Source: a virus (taxonomy: Duplodnaviria > Caudoviricetes). From it: DNA of 64,000 nt. Below are positions 44,295 through 53,233 of the stretch, in pieces (within the stretch, counting starts at the first letter, position 1; each line of letters begins with the position of its first letter). The stretch is from IMG/VR virus record IMGVR_UViG_3300048089_000093, positions 1 to 64,000 of that record. One strand, given 5' to 3'. The position numbers and the translations under genes are program-made. The notes beneath the pieces are model-generated. The model made no database searches. It worked only from the letters and a program-made list of their open reading frames with translations, and had not been told where the DNA came from.

Positions 44295-45809
44295 TCAGTA
44301 ACCGATGATTGCGTCGAAACGGGCGCGGGTGACCGCCACGTACAGCGCTGTGTTGTACTCAAAGGTCGTGGGCATCTGCATCAGGTTCGGCAGATCGATC
44401 AGCGCGATGTCGAACGTGCTGCCCTGCGACTTGTGCGTGGTCATCGCGAACGTGTGGCGGATATCAGCGAAGCTGTTCTTGTAGAGCCACGCAGCGCCGC
44501 GCGCCTGCGTGTACTTTTCCTTCAGCTGGATGTTGCGCGGCTCGCGCTGGTGCTGATACTTCAGATCCTGCACTTCGGCGAACATCTCTCCGAGGCGCGA
44601 GTTCAGTGCGTTCATCAGCTTCGGCGTGTACACCTTCACGTAGTTGCCGAGGTCGTCCTTCAGGACCATCACGTAGCAGGTGAAGCCGGGGTACTTGTGG
44701 TGCTCGCCCATCTCGACGTGCTCGATCACCAGCTCCTCGCTCGTCACCAGATCGACGTCCTTGCCGGTGTCGATGTTCTCGCCCTTGGTCGCGCTCTGCA
44801 CGATCACGCGCTCGCCTACAGAGAACATCAGCGGCACCGACTCCGGGTATAGGTCGAAGTGGATCTCGCGGTTGTAGTCGAGCACAGCGCGGTTCATGTA
44901 CGCGAGAATCCGCGCGTCGCGTCCTTCACGCTGCAGATCGAGCGCCATGCCGTAGAGGCGGTTGCGCTTGACCATCGAGTCGGGCAGCAGGTCCATCAGG
45001 TCGCTGACCTGCACGCGGTCTTCCTGCCCGAGAGAGCGGATGATGCGCTCCTGCTCGTCGACGGTCGGCGCAGCGAGGATGTCTTCAATGCGATTCTTGC
45101 GCCGGATGAACATCGACGCCTCGATCAGCGGGTTGCCCTCAGCCTGCCGGATGATCTTCGTCATCGTGGCCTTCTGCGGCAGCGCGAACACGCGCGACAT
45201 GCCAGCCTCCATCACCGGCTTCAGCTGACCGGGGTCGCCGACGAACAGCACCAGCGTACGGCCGCGGCTGTTCTGGATCGCCTGCAGCAGCATCTTCGAG
45301 TCGACCATCGACGCCTCGTCGACGATCAGCAGGTTCACGCCGTCGAACTTCGAGTAGCCGGTGCTGGAGATCTTCAGCTCGCCGTCATCGCTCTCGACCA
45401 TGCGCAGCCCACAGATGCTGTGCAGGCTGCTGAACGTAGCGTTGACCACGCGCGCCTTGGCAATGGCGCGGACCTTCTCCTGCAGGATCGAGACCGCCTT
45501 GTTGGTCGGCGCTGTGACCGCGAGGTTCCAGTCGTGGGCCGACGCTTCCATGATCAGCTCGCCGACGAGCACCGTCTTGCCGACGCCAGCGAAGCCGCGC
45601 AGCACGTAGTAGTCGTCGGGGTTGTCGGAGAACCACTCCTCGGAGTCCTCGGGCATCCGGAAAGCAGGCTTCTTCCACTTGAGTTCGTCGCCGCCTTCCT
45701 GCCGCGGGTCGCGGCGCACCATCCAGGTGAGGATCTTGTCGAGTTCAGTCCGCTGTTCAGCGGACAAACCCTCATAGGACGCGACGGCGTCCTGGGTGAT
45801 CGTGCTCAT
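44295..45809 (-). CDS. Dda/RecD-like SF1B helicase
   Basis: GFAGVGKT, TAPTNKA, DEASM, VGDPGQL, IIRQ, THKSQGSTF and YVAVTRA motifs. Confidence 0.9.
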   Translation of the reverse strand: MSTITQDAVASYEGLSAEQRTELDKILTWMVRRDPRQEGGDELKWKKPAFRMPEDSEEWFSDNPDDYYVLRGFAGVGKTVLVGELIMEASAHDWNLAVTAPTNKAVSILQEKVRAIAKARVVNATFSSLHSICGLRMVESDDGELKISSTGYSKFDGVNLLIVDEASMVDSKMLLQAIQNSRGRTLVLFVGDPGQLKPVMEAGMSRVFALPQKATMTKIIRQAEGNPLIEASMFIRRKNRIEDILAAPTVDEQERIIRSLGQEDRVQVSDLMDLLPDSMVKRNRLYGMALDLQREGRDARILAYMNRAVLDYNREIHFDLYPESVPLMFSVGERVIVQSATKGENIDTGKDVDLVTSEELVIEHVEMGEHHKYPGFTCYVMVLKDDLGNYVKVYTPKLMNALNSRLGEMFAEVQDLKYQHQREPRNIQLKEKYTQARGAAWLYKNSFADIRHTFAMTTHKSQGSTFDIALIDLPNLMQMPTTFEYNTALYVAVTRARFDAIIGY

Positions 45810-45859
45810 GTTTTTCTCCCGGCGACATTTTCAGTCGCCTCGAATCTGCTATCTGAATA

Positions 45860-46375
45860 CTAAAGGGTGTTATTGAACCAGGGTCTCAGCTCGGCGTCAA
45901 GCGCGGCCTTCGCAGTGGGGTACGAAGGCCAGCCGTCTGTTGCGAAGTCGCCCTTCGTCTGCTCGAAGAAGGGGTCAATCAGCATCGCCACCCACCGGTC
46001 GTTGTCCCCGGTGTGATGCACGAGCACCACGACGGGCACGCCAGCCAGAGAGCGGCGCTTCAGGCGGTTGATCTGCGGACGCGGGAAGTTCTTCGAGGGC
46101 AGCTTGTCGAAGCTGGTCTCCTTCACTTCGAGCGTCAGCAGCCTGCCGGTCCACATCATGTCGTAGTCGCCCACCACGGCCTTCACAACACCGCCCGCTT
46201 CACGCGTATCGACCGGGCGGTCCCAGGCGAACCCCATGCCGCGCTTCAGCTGCTCAGCCTTGAGCCACTGCTTCACGGCGTTCTCGCTCGCCTTACCCTT
46301 CTGGCCTTGCTTCTTGCGTCGCGCGCGGTCGTCGCGCCACGCAGTGAAGGCTGTGTTGTCGGCGGTTTCAGACAT
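45860..46375 (-). CDS. RecU-like Holliday junction resolvase (PD-(D/E)XK)
   Basis: GKASE...DYDMM...LEVKET...QINRL pattern. Confidence 0.65.
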   Translation of the reverse strand: MSETADNTAFTAWRDDRARRKKQGQKGKASENAVKQWLKAEQLKRGMGFAWDRPVDTREAGGVVKAVVGDYDMMWTGRLLTLEVKETSFDKLPSKNFPRPQINRLKRRSLAGVPVVVLVHHTGDNDRWVAMLIDPFFEQTKGDFATDGWPSYPTAKAALDAELRPWFNNTL

Positions 46376-46637
46376 ACCGGAAGCGCCCCGACAATCCGGT
46401 GTGGAACTCGCCGTCCCAATCGAGCGGGTAGACGTCCTGCAGCGCTCGCTGGTTCGGCGTGCCTGCTGCGTCGACCACGTTCACATCGATCCTGAACGCC
46501 CGCGCCTCAGCGCTCCACTTCACCTCGCGGCTCGTGACCTTGACGGGCACCGGCGCCTTGCGCGAGTTCAGTTTGATCAGCACCTCGGTGCCCACTTCCG
46601 GCAGTCCTGCGCCGTTCCAGTTTTTCTTTACGCCCAT
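46368..46637 (-). CDS. hypothetical protein
   Basis: Coupled to its neighbours. Confidence 0.55.
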   Translation of the reverse strand: MGVKKNWNGAGLPEVGTEVLIKLNSRKAPVPVKVTSREVKWSAEARAFRIDVNVVDAAGTPNQRALQDVYPLDWDGEFHTGLSGRFRYV

Positions 46638-46897
46638 GATTTCTGCCCCCGGTTACCAATACGTTTTTCGTGGTCCTGCTGACACTCTGACTTTCCACCG
46701 CTGACGAGCGGCGGGCAGTAGAGCGTGCCCTTGTCGATGGATTCCCGGCAGTTGAGGCATACACCTGCTGCGAGATTTCTTTCTTCATGCTCCTTGCGCT
46801 CTCGGGCGATTTTTTCGGCGGCCTTGCGTTGAACTGACAAGCTCGCTGCCAGCTCAATCTCGACCGTGTCGTTTGCTGCATCTGCAATATCTGGCAT
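46628..46897 (-). CDS. TraR/DksA-like C4 zinc-finger protein
   Basis: N-terminal DIADAA (DxxDxA), coiled coil, CLNC...CPP...C zinc ligands. Confidence 0.7.
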   Translation of the reverse strand: MPDIADAANDTVEIELAASLSVQRKAAEKIARERKEHEERNLAAGVCLNCRESIDKGTLYCPPLVSGGKSECQQDHEKRIGNRGQKSWA

Positions 46898-46961
46898 CTC
46901 TGAACCCCATATATCTTGTGGAATACCCGGTCTTTGCCGGGCATTCGTATCGTACTCCGAA

Positions 46962-47147
46962 CTACTTTAGCGCTCTATAGATCCACGGCGTACCGTTCGG
47001 GCTATAGGTCACCAGCTCGCCCTGCTGAAGCACGGGCACAGCACGGCTGTTCGGGCGGCCCGGTTGCAGGTGAGCGATGCGGCGCACTTCCTCGCGACCA
47101 TTGGCGACCACCAGAACCTCGGTGAAGATGTCGTACCTACGCTGCAT
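46962..47147 (-). CDS. hypothetical protein (61 aa)
   Basis: Overlaps the polA stop codon region. Confidence 0.45.
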   Translation of the reverse strand: MQRRYDIFTEVLVVANGREEVRRIAHLQPGRPNSRAVPVLQQGELVTYSPNGTPWIYRALK

Positions 47148-50100
47148 GCTTCACCCCCGAATCGTTCGCTGCGTGTTGCGGCCAGAGCTGGTCGATTGCA
47201 CCCTGGATCTTGTCGGTGCTCGGCACCTCGCCGATCTCGATCAGGTTCAGGAAGTCGTGGCCGATGCCGATGCTCGACTCGATCGGGATAGTCATGTTTG
47301 CGTACTGCATCGTCATCAGTGCGTGCAGCTCCTGCGTGAACTTGACGATATCACCGCGACCGACGCTGAACACCAGCTCGTCGTGCACCACGCCGATGAA
47401 CGTTGCGTCGTAACGAACCAGCAACTTCGCGCGCCAGATCCGACCCATCGCGAGCTTCGTCATCTCGGCGCAGCTGCCCTGAATGACGAAGTTCACCGCC
47501 TGACGCTCGGCCCGGCTGCGAATCCACCATTCCGACGATGCGAACGCGCTCGCGAGATGGCGCCGGCCGCCGAGCAGCGTGAGGCTGTAGCCCTGGCGCT
47601 TGGCCTGCGGAATGATCTCCTCCTTTTTCCATTCTTCCGCGCGCCAGAACGTGCCGTGCTTTGCGTCGAGATAGGCTTGCGCTTCTTCTTCCGGAACCAT
47701 CAGCGTTGCAGCCATCTTCGGGGCCATCGCGCCGTACTCCGAAGCGAAGTTCGTCGTCTTGGCCTTTTTGCGCAGCGCCTTGATCTGCTTGTGCAGCGGG
47801 TGGTTCACGTCCTTCTCGACCGCAGCGAACCACTCGTACGTGACTTCCTCGTTGACCTCGATCTCCTTGGTCTGAGCCTTGCGCTGCGTGATCGACACGC
47901 CGGTGAGGTGGTGCATATCGCGCTTGTTGTCGCCCACGAAGCACGACGTCATCGCTTCGTCGCCTGACGCGTCGGCGATCACGCGCAGCTCCTGCGCCTT
48001 GAAGTCGAGCGCCACAATCGCTGCGTCGTGGTGGTGTGGCTTGATCGTCGCGCGGAAGTCGCCCTTCTCGCCCTTCGGCCATTGCGCCTTGTTCGGCTTG
48101 TTCGGCGCGAACCGGCGCGTCACCGTGCGGCACTGACCGTCGCTGCCATGCACGCTGCCATCCATCCAGTGCGGCAACGCACGGTACGGGCGGTAATACA
48201 TCTTGCGCCGCGTGCCGACGGCTCGCATGTCGTGGATTGCGTCGAGCATCGCGACTTCCGTCGGGTGCGTTTCGCTGTCGTAGAACTTCGCCGACGCAAT
48301 CGCGAGCGCGTCGGTCTTCGGCGTGCCCACAGCGCTACGGCCCTGCTCCGCCTTCATTGCCTTGGTCGGGCGGTTGCGAGCGCGCACAGGCAGACTCATG
48401 ACTTCGTACAGCAGCCGGGACATCTGCTTCGGGCTGTCGCTGTTCAGCTCGGGCTCGCCCTTATAGAAGCGCCGCACGTACGCTTCGACGTGAGACATGT
48501 TGCCGTCGGCAGTCTTGATTGCAGCGTCGTACAGGTCAGCCAGCGTCGCCGCGTCGTCGTTCTCGCGCATCACTGCGGTGATCTTCGACGGCGTGCGCGC
48601 CTTGCACTCCAGCTCGACGCCGGTAACGATCTGATACATCACCTTCATCGACGCGGGTTCGAGCGTCACAGCGGGCAGCTCGACGCCGTCCCACTTCTTC
48701 TCGATCAGGTACGAGCGCAGTTTCGCCCACGCTGCGTCGTAGAGCTTGTCGTCTGCACGCTCCTGCTTGCGCATTTCTTCGCGGCTGAAGTTGACGCCAG
48801 TGATGAAGCCCGCCGCGCTCAGGTACGCTGCGTCGATCTCGACCTCGCGGTACAGGTCGAACGTACGCTCCAGCTGCATCACGATCTCGTAGTAGTTGCG
48901 CAGCGCCGCGGTGACGATCGTGTCGTCGGTGCCGTATGCAAACGCCTCCTGCGGCGTGAGCTGGTTCATCTTGCGGCCCTGCGTCACTTCCTCGTACGAG
49001 ACCTGCTCATAGCCCAGCACCATCTGCGCCTGCTGCTTGAGGCCGAGCGACACGTTCTCGTCGACGTAGCTCGCCATGAAGAACGTGTCGTCGATGCGCG
49101 GCATGAAGCCGTTGTCGAACTGATCGTCGCCGTCCGTCCACTCGATCAGGTTCATGAACCACACCGGCAGTTCGAACGCGCTGTTGTGTACAGGGAAGCG
49201 AATCTCCACGTCCTCGCGGATGAGTCGCGCGAGGAACTGGTACAGGTTGTGCATCGAGATGTTTTTGTCGGTCTTGTGGTTGACCGTCAGGTACAGCGTG
49301 TGCTCGGTGTTTTCGCCCAGCGTCACGCCCATGCTGACGATCCTCGAAGCCAGCACATCAACGCCGCCTGCGCGCTTCTTCGCAACAGCTTCCTGCGGAT
49401 CTTCGTCCTCGTCGTCGCTCTCGATCTCCTCGACATAGTCAGGGTCGTTCACCTGCGCGAGCCACTCATCGGACTCGGGCGGTGTCGCCGTTTCAAGGTC
49501 AAGCGTCACGTAGGGCGACTTGCGGATGCGTGCCCACAGACCGCTTGCCATCAGTTGCGCAAAGTTGCCGCTCGTGACCAGCGTGCGAGTCTGATACCAG
49601 TGATCGAAGCGCTCGTCCTTGGGCTCGCCTTCCGGCTTCTCCGTCACCATGCCGACGTCCCACTGCAGCTCCTTGCCCGGCTGGCCGATCTCATCGTCGA
49701 AGAACTGCACGCACTGGTAGCAACGGCGCACGACGTCCTTGTGTTCGAGCAGCTTGGCGAGGGGCTTGAAGTCCGCAGCTGCGACCTCGATCGACTTCCA
49801 GTCGGCCTTCACGATGACGTCTTCCAGCTCGCGCATGCCGTCGGCGTCTGCCGCGCAGTACAGGTCGGTGAACGCTGCCACGCCAAAGCCGTGCGCGCCG
49901 GGCAGCGTGTCGCTCTTGTCGCCGACCAGCGCCTTGTACAGGCGGTTGAATTCGAGCGGCCACGGCCCGAGCGGATTCTCGTTCGGGTCGATGACCTTCG
50001 ACTGGTAGCGGATCTTCACGTCGGGCAGCGTCGCGAGGATCAGCATGTCACCGTCGTCGGCCACGCCGACGCGCGGACCCTGCAGGTTCTTCATCAGGTA

Positions 50101-50499
50101 CGCGAACACGTCGTCGGCCTCGCGGCCGTCGAGCTTCACGAACACGCTGCCCAGTCGCTTGAAGAACTCGACGACCTTGTTCTCCATCAGCAGGTACTGC
50201 TCCAGCTGCTCGGGCGGCTTTTCCTTCTTCTGCTTGTAGCCTGCGAAGATGTTGCGGCGCAGCTGCGAGCCGTTCTCGCCTTCGCGGATGAAGATGATGT
50301 CCATCGGCGTGGCGTCGTGCTCGCGCAGCGTTTTCTCGACGCTGTTCAGGAAGTTCTCGAAGCCGTATTGCCAGCCGTTGACATGCTCGGACTTCTCGTT
50401 GAACGTGACCTTGAAGCCGAACTCTTTGTCCTGGCCGGCGAAGTAGCAGCGCTTGGCGACGCTGCTGAGGTCGTAGACGATGCGGGTGCGCTTACGCAT
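47137..50499 (-). CDS. polA: family A DNA polymerase with 5'-3' and 3'-5' exonuclease domains
   Basis: READDV and ALVGDKSD (5'-3' exo); LDLET (3'-5' exo); DFKAQELR, RKKAKTTNFASEYG (Phe at E. coli 762 equivalent) and VHDELV. Confidence 0.95.
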   Translation of the reverse strand: MRKRTRIVYDLSSVAKRCYFAGQDKEFGFKVTFNEKSEHVNGWQYGFENFLNSVEKTLREHDATPMDIIFIREGENGSQLRRNIFAGYKQKKEKPPEQLEQYLLMENKVVEFFKRLGSVFVKLDGREADDVFAYLMKNLQGPRVGVADDGDMLILATLPDVKIRYQSKVIDPNENPLGPWPLEFNRLYKALVGDKSDTLPGAHGFGVAAFTDLYCAADADGMRELEDVIVKADWKSIEVAAADFKPLAKLLEHKDVVRRCYQCVQFFDDEIGQPGKELQWDVGMVTEKPEGEPKDERFDHWYQTRTLVTSGNFAQLMASGLWARIRKSPYVTLDLETATPPESDEWLAQVNDPDYVEEIESDDEDEDPQEAVAKKRAGGVDVLASRIVSMGVTLGENTEHTLYLTVNHKTDKNISMHNLYQFLARLIREDVEIRFPVHNSAFELPVWFMNLIEWTDGDDQFDNGFMPRIDDTFFMASYVDENVSLGLKQQAQMVLGYEQVSYEEVTQGRKMNQLTPQEAFAYGTDDTIVTAALRNYYEIVMQLERTFDLYREVEIDAAYLSAAGFITGVNFSREEMRKQERADDKLYDAAWAKLRSYLIEKKWDGVELPAVTLEPASMKVMYQIVTGVELECKARTPSKITAVMRENDDAATLADLYDAAIKTADGNMSHVEAYVRRFYKGEPELNSDSPKQMSRLLYEVMSLPVRARNRPTKAMKAEQGRSAVGTPKTDALAIASAKFYDSETHPTEVAMLDAIHDMRAVGTRRKMYYRPYRALPHWMDGSVHGSDGQCRTVTRRFAPNKPNKAQWPKGEKGDFRATIKPHHHDAAIVALDFKAQELRVIADASGDEAMTSCFVGDNKRDMHHLTGVSITQRKAQTKEIEVNEEVTYEWFAAVEKDVNHPLHKQIKALRKKAKTTNFASEYGAMAPKMAATLMVPEEEAQAYLDAKHGTFWRAEEWKKEEIIPQAKRQGYSLTLLGGRRHLASAFASSEWWIRSRAERQAVNFVIQGSCAEMTKLAMGRIWRAKLLVRYDATFIGVVHDELVFSVGRGDIVKFTQELHALMTMQYANMTIPIESSIGIGHDFLNLIEIGEVPSTDKIQGAIDQLWPQHAANDSGVKHAA

Positions 50500-51070
50500 T
50501 GGCTGTCTCCCTCGCCGCGGCGACTACGCGGTCGACCAGATCGCGAACATCGTCGTTGAGCATCTTCAGGCTGCCGAGGTTGGGCAGGTTGTAGTCGCCG
50601 CGCACCTTCGGTAGCGGGGTGTTGCTGCTGTGCGCGTGGCTGACATCGGCGCGGCGCTGCGGGCCGCTCATGTGAACCAGCATGCCGCCGCGCTCGCGAA
50701 TCCAATTCGCCTCGCTCTCAAAACGCACGTCCGTCACGACGAACATGCCGAAATACTGCGTGTCGGCCTCCATCGCCATCTCCAGACGCCTGACCCAAAA
50801 GTCCGCGCCGAAGGTGCCACGGAACGCCTCGGTGCCCGCCAGCTGGAACATCTCGCGCGGCGTCAGCTTCCAGTACGGATGCGTGACAGTCTTGAGGTCG
50901 TCCTGCAGCCATTCGTCGGAGAGTCCGAACGCCGCCTTTACGGCAGCCTTGAGCGCATCGCCGAACGCGAGTCGCTGTGTCTCCACGGGGCTGATCAGGC
51001 GAATGATGTTGCACACCGTGTCCTTGCCTACCCCGGTAGGGCCATGCAGCCCGATTAGAATTGGTTTCAT
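50492..51070 (-). CDS. deoxynucleoside monophosphate kinase
   Basis: GPTGVGKDT, AFGDALK, PREMFQLAGTE and TDVRFESE motifs. Confidence 0.9.
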   Translation of the reverse strand: MKPILIGLHGPTGVGKDTVCNIIRLISPVETQRLAFGDALKAAVKAAFGLSDEWLQDDLKTVTHPYWKLTPREMFQLAGTEAFRGTFGADFWVRRLEMAMEADTQYFGMFVVTDVRFESEANWIRERGGMLVHMSGPQRRADVSHAHSSNTPLPKVRGDYNLPNLGSLKMLNDDVRDLVDRVVAAARETANA

Positions 51071-51273
51071 GCTGGTTCCTTGCTCGTTTCATTCAGTGCG
51101 ATGCACATCGCCTTCGCGTCGTTCCGGTCGTGGCACTCGGCCACGGCGTAGAAACGCCACGCTTCGGGCGTGTACGGGTTGCCCATCGAGTCGCGGGTCG
51201 TATCAACGACCGTCGCCTGGAAAGCGCTGTAGCCGGCCTGGGAGCCTTCGATAACCTTGAATCGCTCAGTCAT
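51067..51273 (-). CDS. hypothetical protein (68 aa)
   Basis: ATGA-type coupling on both sides. Confidence 0.55.
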   Translation of the reverse strand: MTERFKVIEGSQAGYSAFQATVVDTTRDSMGNPYTPEAWRFYAVAECHDRNDAKAMCIALNETSKEPA

Positions 51274-51989
51274 CACAGCTCCTTCAGCGCGCGGCGCAGT
51301 TCCCAGCTGGTCGTGTCGCAGTCGGTCAGCAACCACTCGACGTAGGACTCGGGCAAGTTCTCCAGCCGCTGCCCTTTGTACTTGCCGAAGCTGATGTTCG
51401 TGAGGCGCTCGCACATCACGTCCACCAGCAACTCCCAGCCGGTGCCGAAGCTGAGGATGTAGTTGATGAGCACGAGGCAGCGCTCGCAGTCGCCAATCGC
51501 GCTGTGTGCGTTCTTCATCTTCGGCAGCGTCAGGCCGTGCGTCGCCTCAAGCGTCTCCAGCAACGCTGCGAGCTTGTACGTAGGCATGTCCTTGACGAAG
51601 CGCCTGGCGCCGCGCAGCGTACAGCCGACATCCGCGCCCTCGGGCACGTAGTAGTCGATGTACTTCATGTCGAAGCTCGGGAAGCTGTGGCCGAAGATGT
51701 AGAACTTCTCGGTGGGCAGAACACCAAACGCGGCAGGCAACACTTCGCTGATCGTCGGCGCCTGCTTGACCTGGTGGTCGTAGATGCCGTGAACAGCCGA
51801 AGCGTTAGGGTCGATAGGTCGCAGGGGGTTGACCAGTGTTTCAAAGCGTCGAACCGGTTCGAGTTTGGTGATGAACTCGCCGATGTCGAGGCGGCACTCG
51901 ATGAATGCCAGTTCGCAGACCTTGTCGTCGCGGGACATGCCCGTGCACTCCAGGTCCATAACAAAAATTTTCATGTGGGTGGGTTCCAT
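51273..51989 (-). CDS. DEDDh 3'-5' exonuclease (ExoX/DnaQ-like)
   Basis: DLECTG, GHSFPSFD, HSAIGD motifs; C-terminal FGKYKG...YVEWL domain. Confidence 0.85.
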   Translation of the reverse strand: MEPTHMKIFVMDLECTGMSRDDKVCELAFIECRLDIGEFITKLEPVRRFETLVNPLRPIDPNASAVHGIYDHQVKQAPTISEVLPAAFGVLPTEKFYIFGHSFPSFDMKYIDYYVPEGADVGCTLRGARRFVKDMPTYKLAALLETLEATHGLTLPKMKNAHSAIGDCERCLVLINYILSFGTGWELLVDVMCERLTNISFGKYKGQRLENLPESYVEWLLTDCDTTSWELRRALKEL

Positions 51990-51990
51990 G

Positions 51991-52018
51991 AAAAGAGCCG
52001 CTCCCGAAAGAGCGGCTC
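51991..52018 (-). terminator. intrinsic terminator
   Basis: GAGCCGCTC-TTTCGG-GAGCGGCTC-TTTT on the minus strand. Confidence 0.8.
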
Positions 52019-52039
52019 ACTGCTATAGGACTGCAGTGC

Positions 52040-53110
52040 TTACAGCTGCGGCGCTTCAGTCAGACCGTCGGACGGCAGGAGGTTGAAGTAACTCTTGTTG
52101 TCCTTACCCTTCGTGCGTTCCGTGGTGAAGCGAACCACCGGATTGCCCGAGTCTTCCTTGATCTTGCCCATGCGCGCCTTCACGGCGCGGTTGAGGATGT
52201 AGTTGTCGAACTTGCCCTTGGACGTGGGCGAGAGCGAAACCGACACGATCTCGTTCATGAAAGCGAAGTCCGCTTTCTCGGCAGCCATTGCGATGCCGAA
52301 CACGTTCAGGTACTCCTTGACTGCGGCCTTTTCGAAGCCGTTGTCGCGCAGCCAGTCGCGATACTCGGTACACGTCTTGCCGTCGTGCTCGTCGTCCTCA
52401 CCAGCGCCGCGGATCGTCAAGCCGTCATCCGAGAAGCGTACGGCCTTCTTGCCTTCCTCGCTGTCGTCACCCGCCGACACCGTCCAGCTGGAGCTGTACG
52501 ACACGACTGCGAGTTCGAGGAACGTGCCTGCTTCCTTGCCGTCCTGCGTGGAGATGATGCCTGCGTCGACGCGCAGCCGCTGGAAGGTGTTGTAGTCGAT
52601 CGGGATGCCTGCCTTGGCAAACGCATCGCGCAGATCGGCCAGCGGGTTCGGGATGTCCTTGCCACCCGACAGGAAGTTCGACAGCACCTTGCGCTGCGGA
52701 ACAGCGACAGCCGTCGTCTTGACTTCGGCCGCTTCGACCTTGTCCCCGCCCTTCTCGCCGGCTGCCGGGATAGCTGCCTCAGTTTCCTGCTTGACCTTCG
52801 CTTCCTTCGGCGCTGCCGCCTTCGAGAGCGCTGCCGCCGCACCGGCCGCTGCCTTCGCGTTGACGACTTCCGTCACTTCCGTTTCAACCGGAGCAGCGGC
52901 ACGCGGCACGCTGCGCACCGTTTCGGTGTGCTGAACGTCCGTGACACCGCCTTGTTCGGCGCCGGCGTTTGCGCCCGATGCCTCGACTTCGCGCTCGACA
53001 ACGGCGGTGTCTCCGCCGCGGTCTTCACCTGCCTCAAATGCCGGGGCTTGAGCAGCTGCCTTCGTTTCCTGAGCAGCTTGGGACTGTGCTTTGTTTTTGA
53101 GGATAGACAT
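52040..53110 (-). CDS. hypothetical protein, candidate ssDNA-binding protein
   Basis: Disordered Ala/Glu-rich N-terminal half plus beta-rich C-terminal domain; sits in the replication cluster with its own promoter and terminator. Confidence 0.5.
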   Translation of the reverse strand: MSILKNKAQSQAAQETKAAAQAPAFEAGEDRGGDTAVVEREVEASGANAGAEQGGVTDVQHTETVRSVPRAAAPVETEVTEVVNAKAAAGAAAALSKAAAPKEAKVKQETEAAIPAAGEKGGDKVEAAEVKTTAVAVPQRKVLSNFLSGGKDIPNPLADLRDAFAKAGIPIDYNTFQRLRVDAGIISTQDGKEAGTFLELAVVSYSSSWTVSAGDDSEEGKKAVRFSDDGLTIRGAGEDDEHDGKTCTEYRDWLRDNGFEKAAVKEYLNVFGIAMAAEKADFAFMNEIVSVSLSPTSKGKFDNYILNRAVKARMGKIKEDSGNPVVRFTTERTKGKDNKSYFNLLPSDGLTEAPQL

Positions 53111-53233
53111 GACTAAATTTCCTGAACGATTTTCAATTTAAGGTGAACGATCTGCGCACTAGGGGATGCGCGGTACGAACTCTAAACTACCATCTGACGA
53201 ATTTCAATAGCCAGATTTACTGCCACTTCAAAA

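Noticed and set aside
47137-50499. Intein or intron in polA (also checked terL, thyA and the helicases)
   Set aside because: Length is explained by the 5'-3' exonuclease fusion and an acidic loop; no intein terminal motifs, endonuclease motifs or frame breaks were found.
48028-50559. 843-aa plus-strand ORF and similar long antisense ORFs (13381-15183, 17572-18888, 27480-29414, 53525-55276)
   Set aside because: They mirror well-supported genes on the other strand; stop-poor shadow frames are expected with high-GC codon bias, and they show no motifs or ribosome-binding sites.
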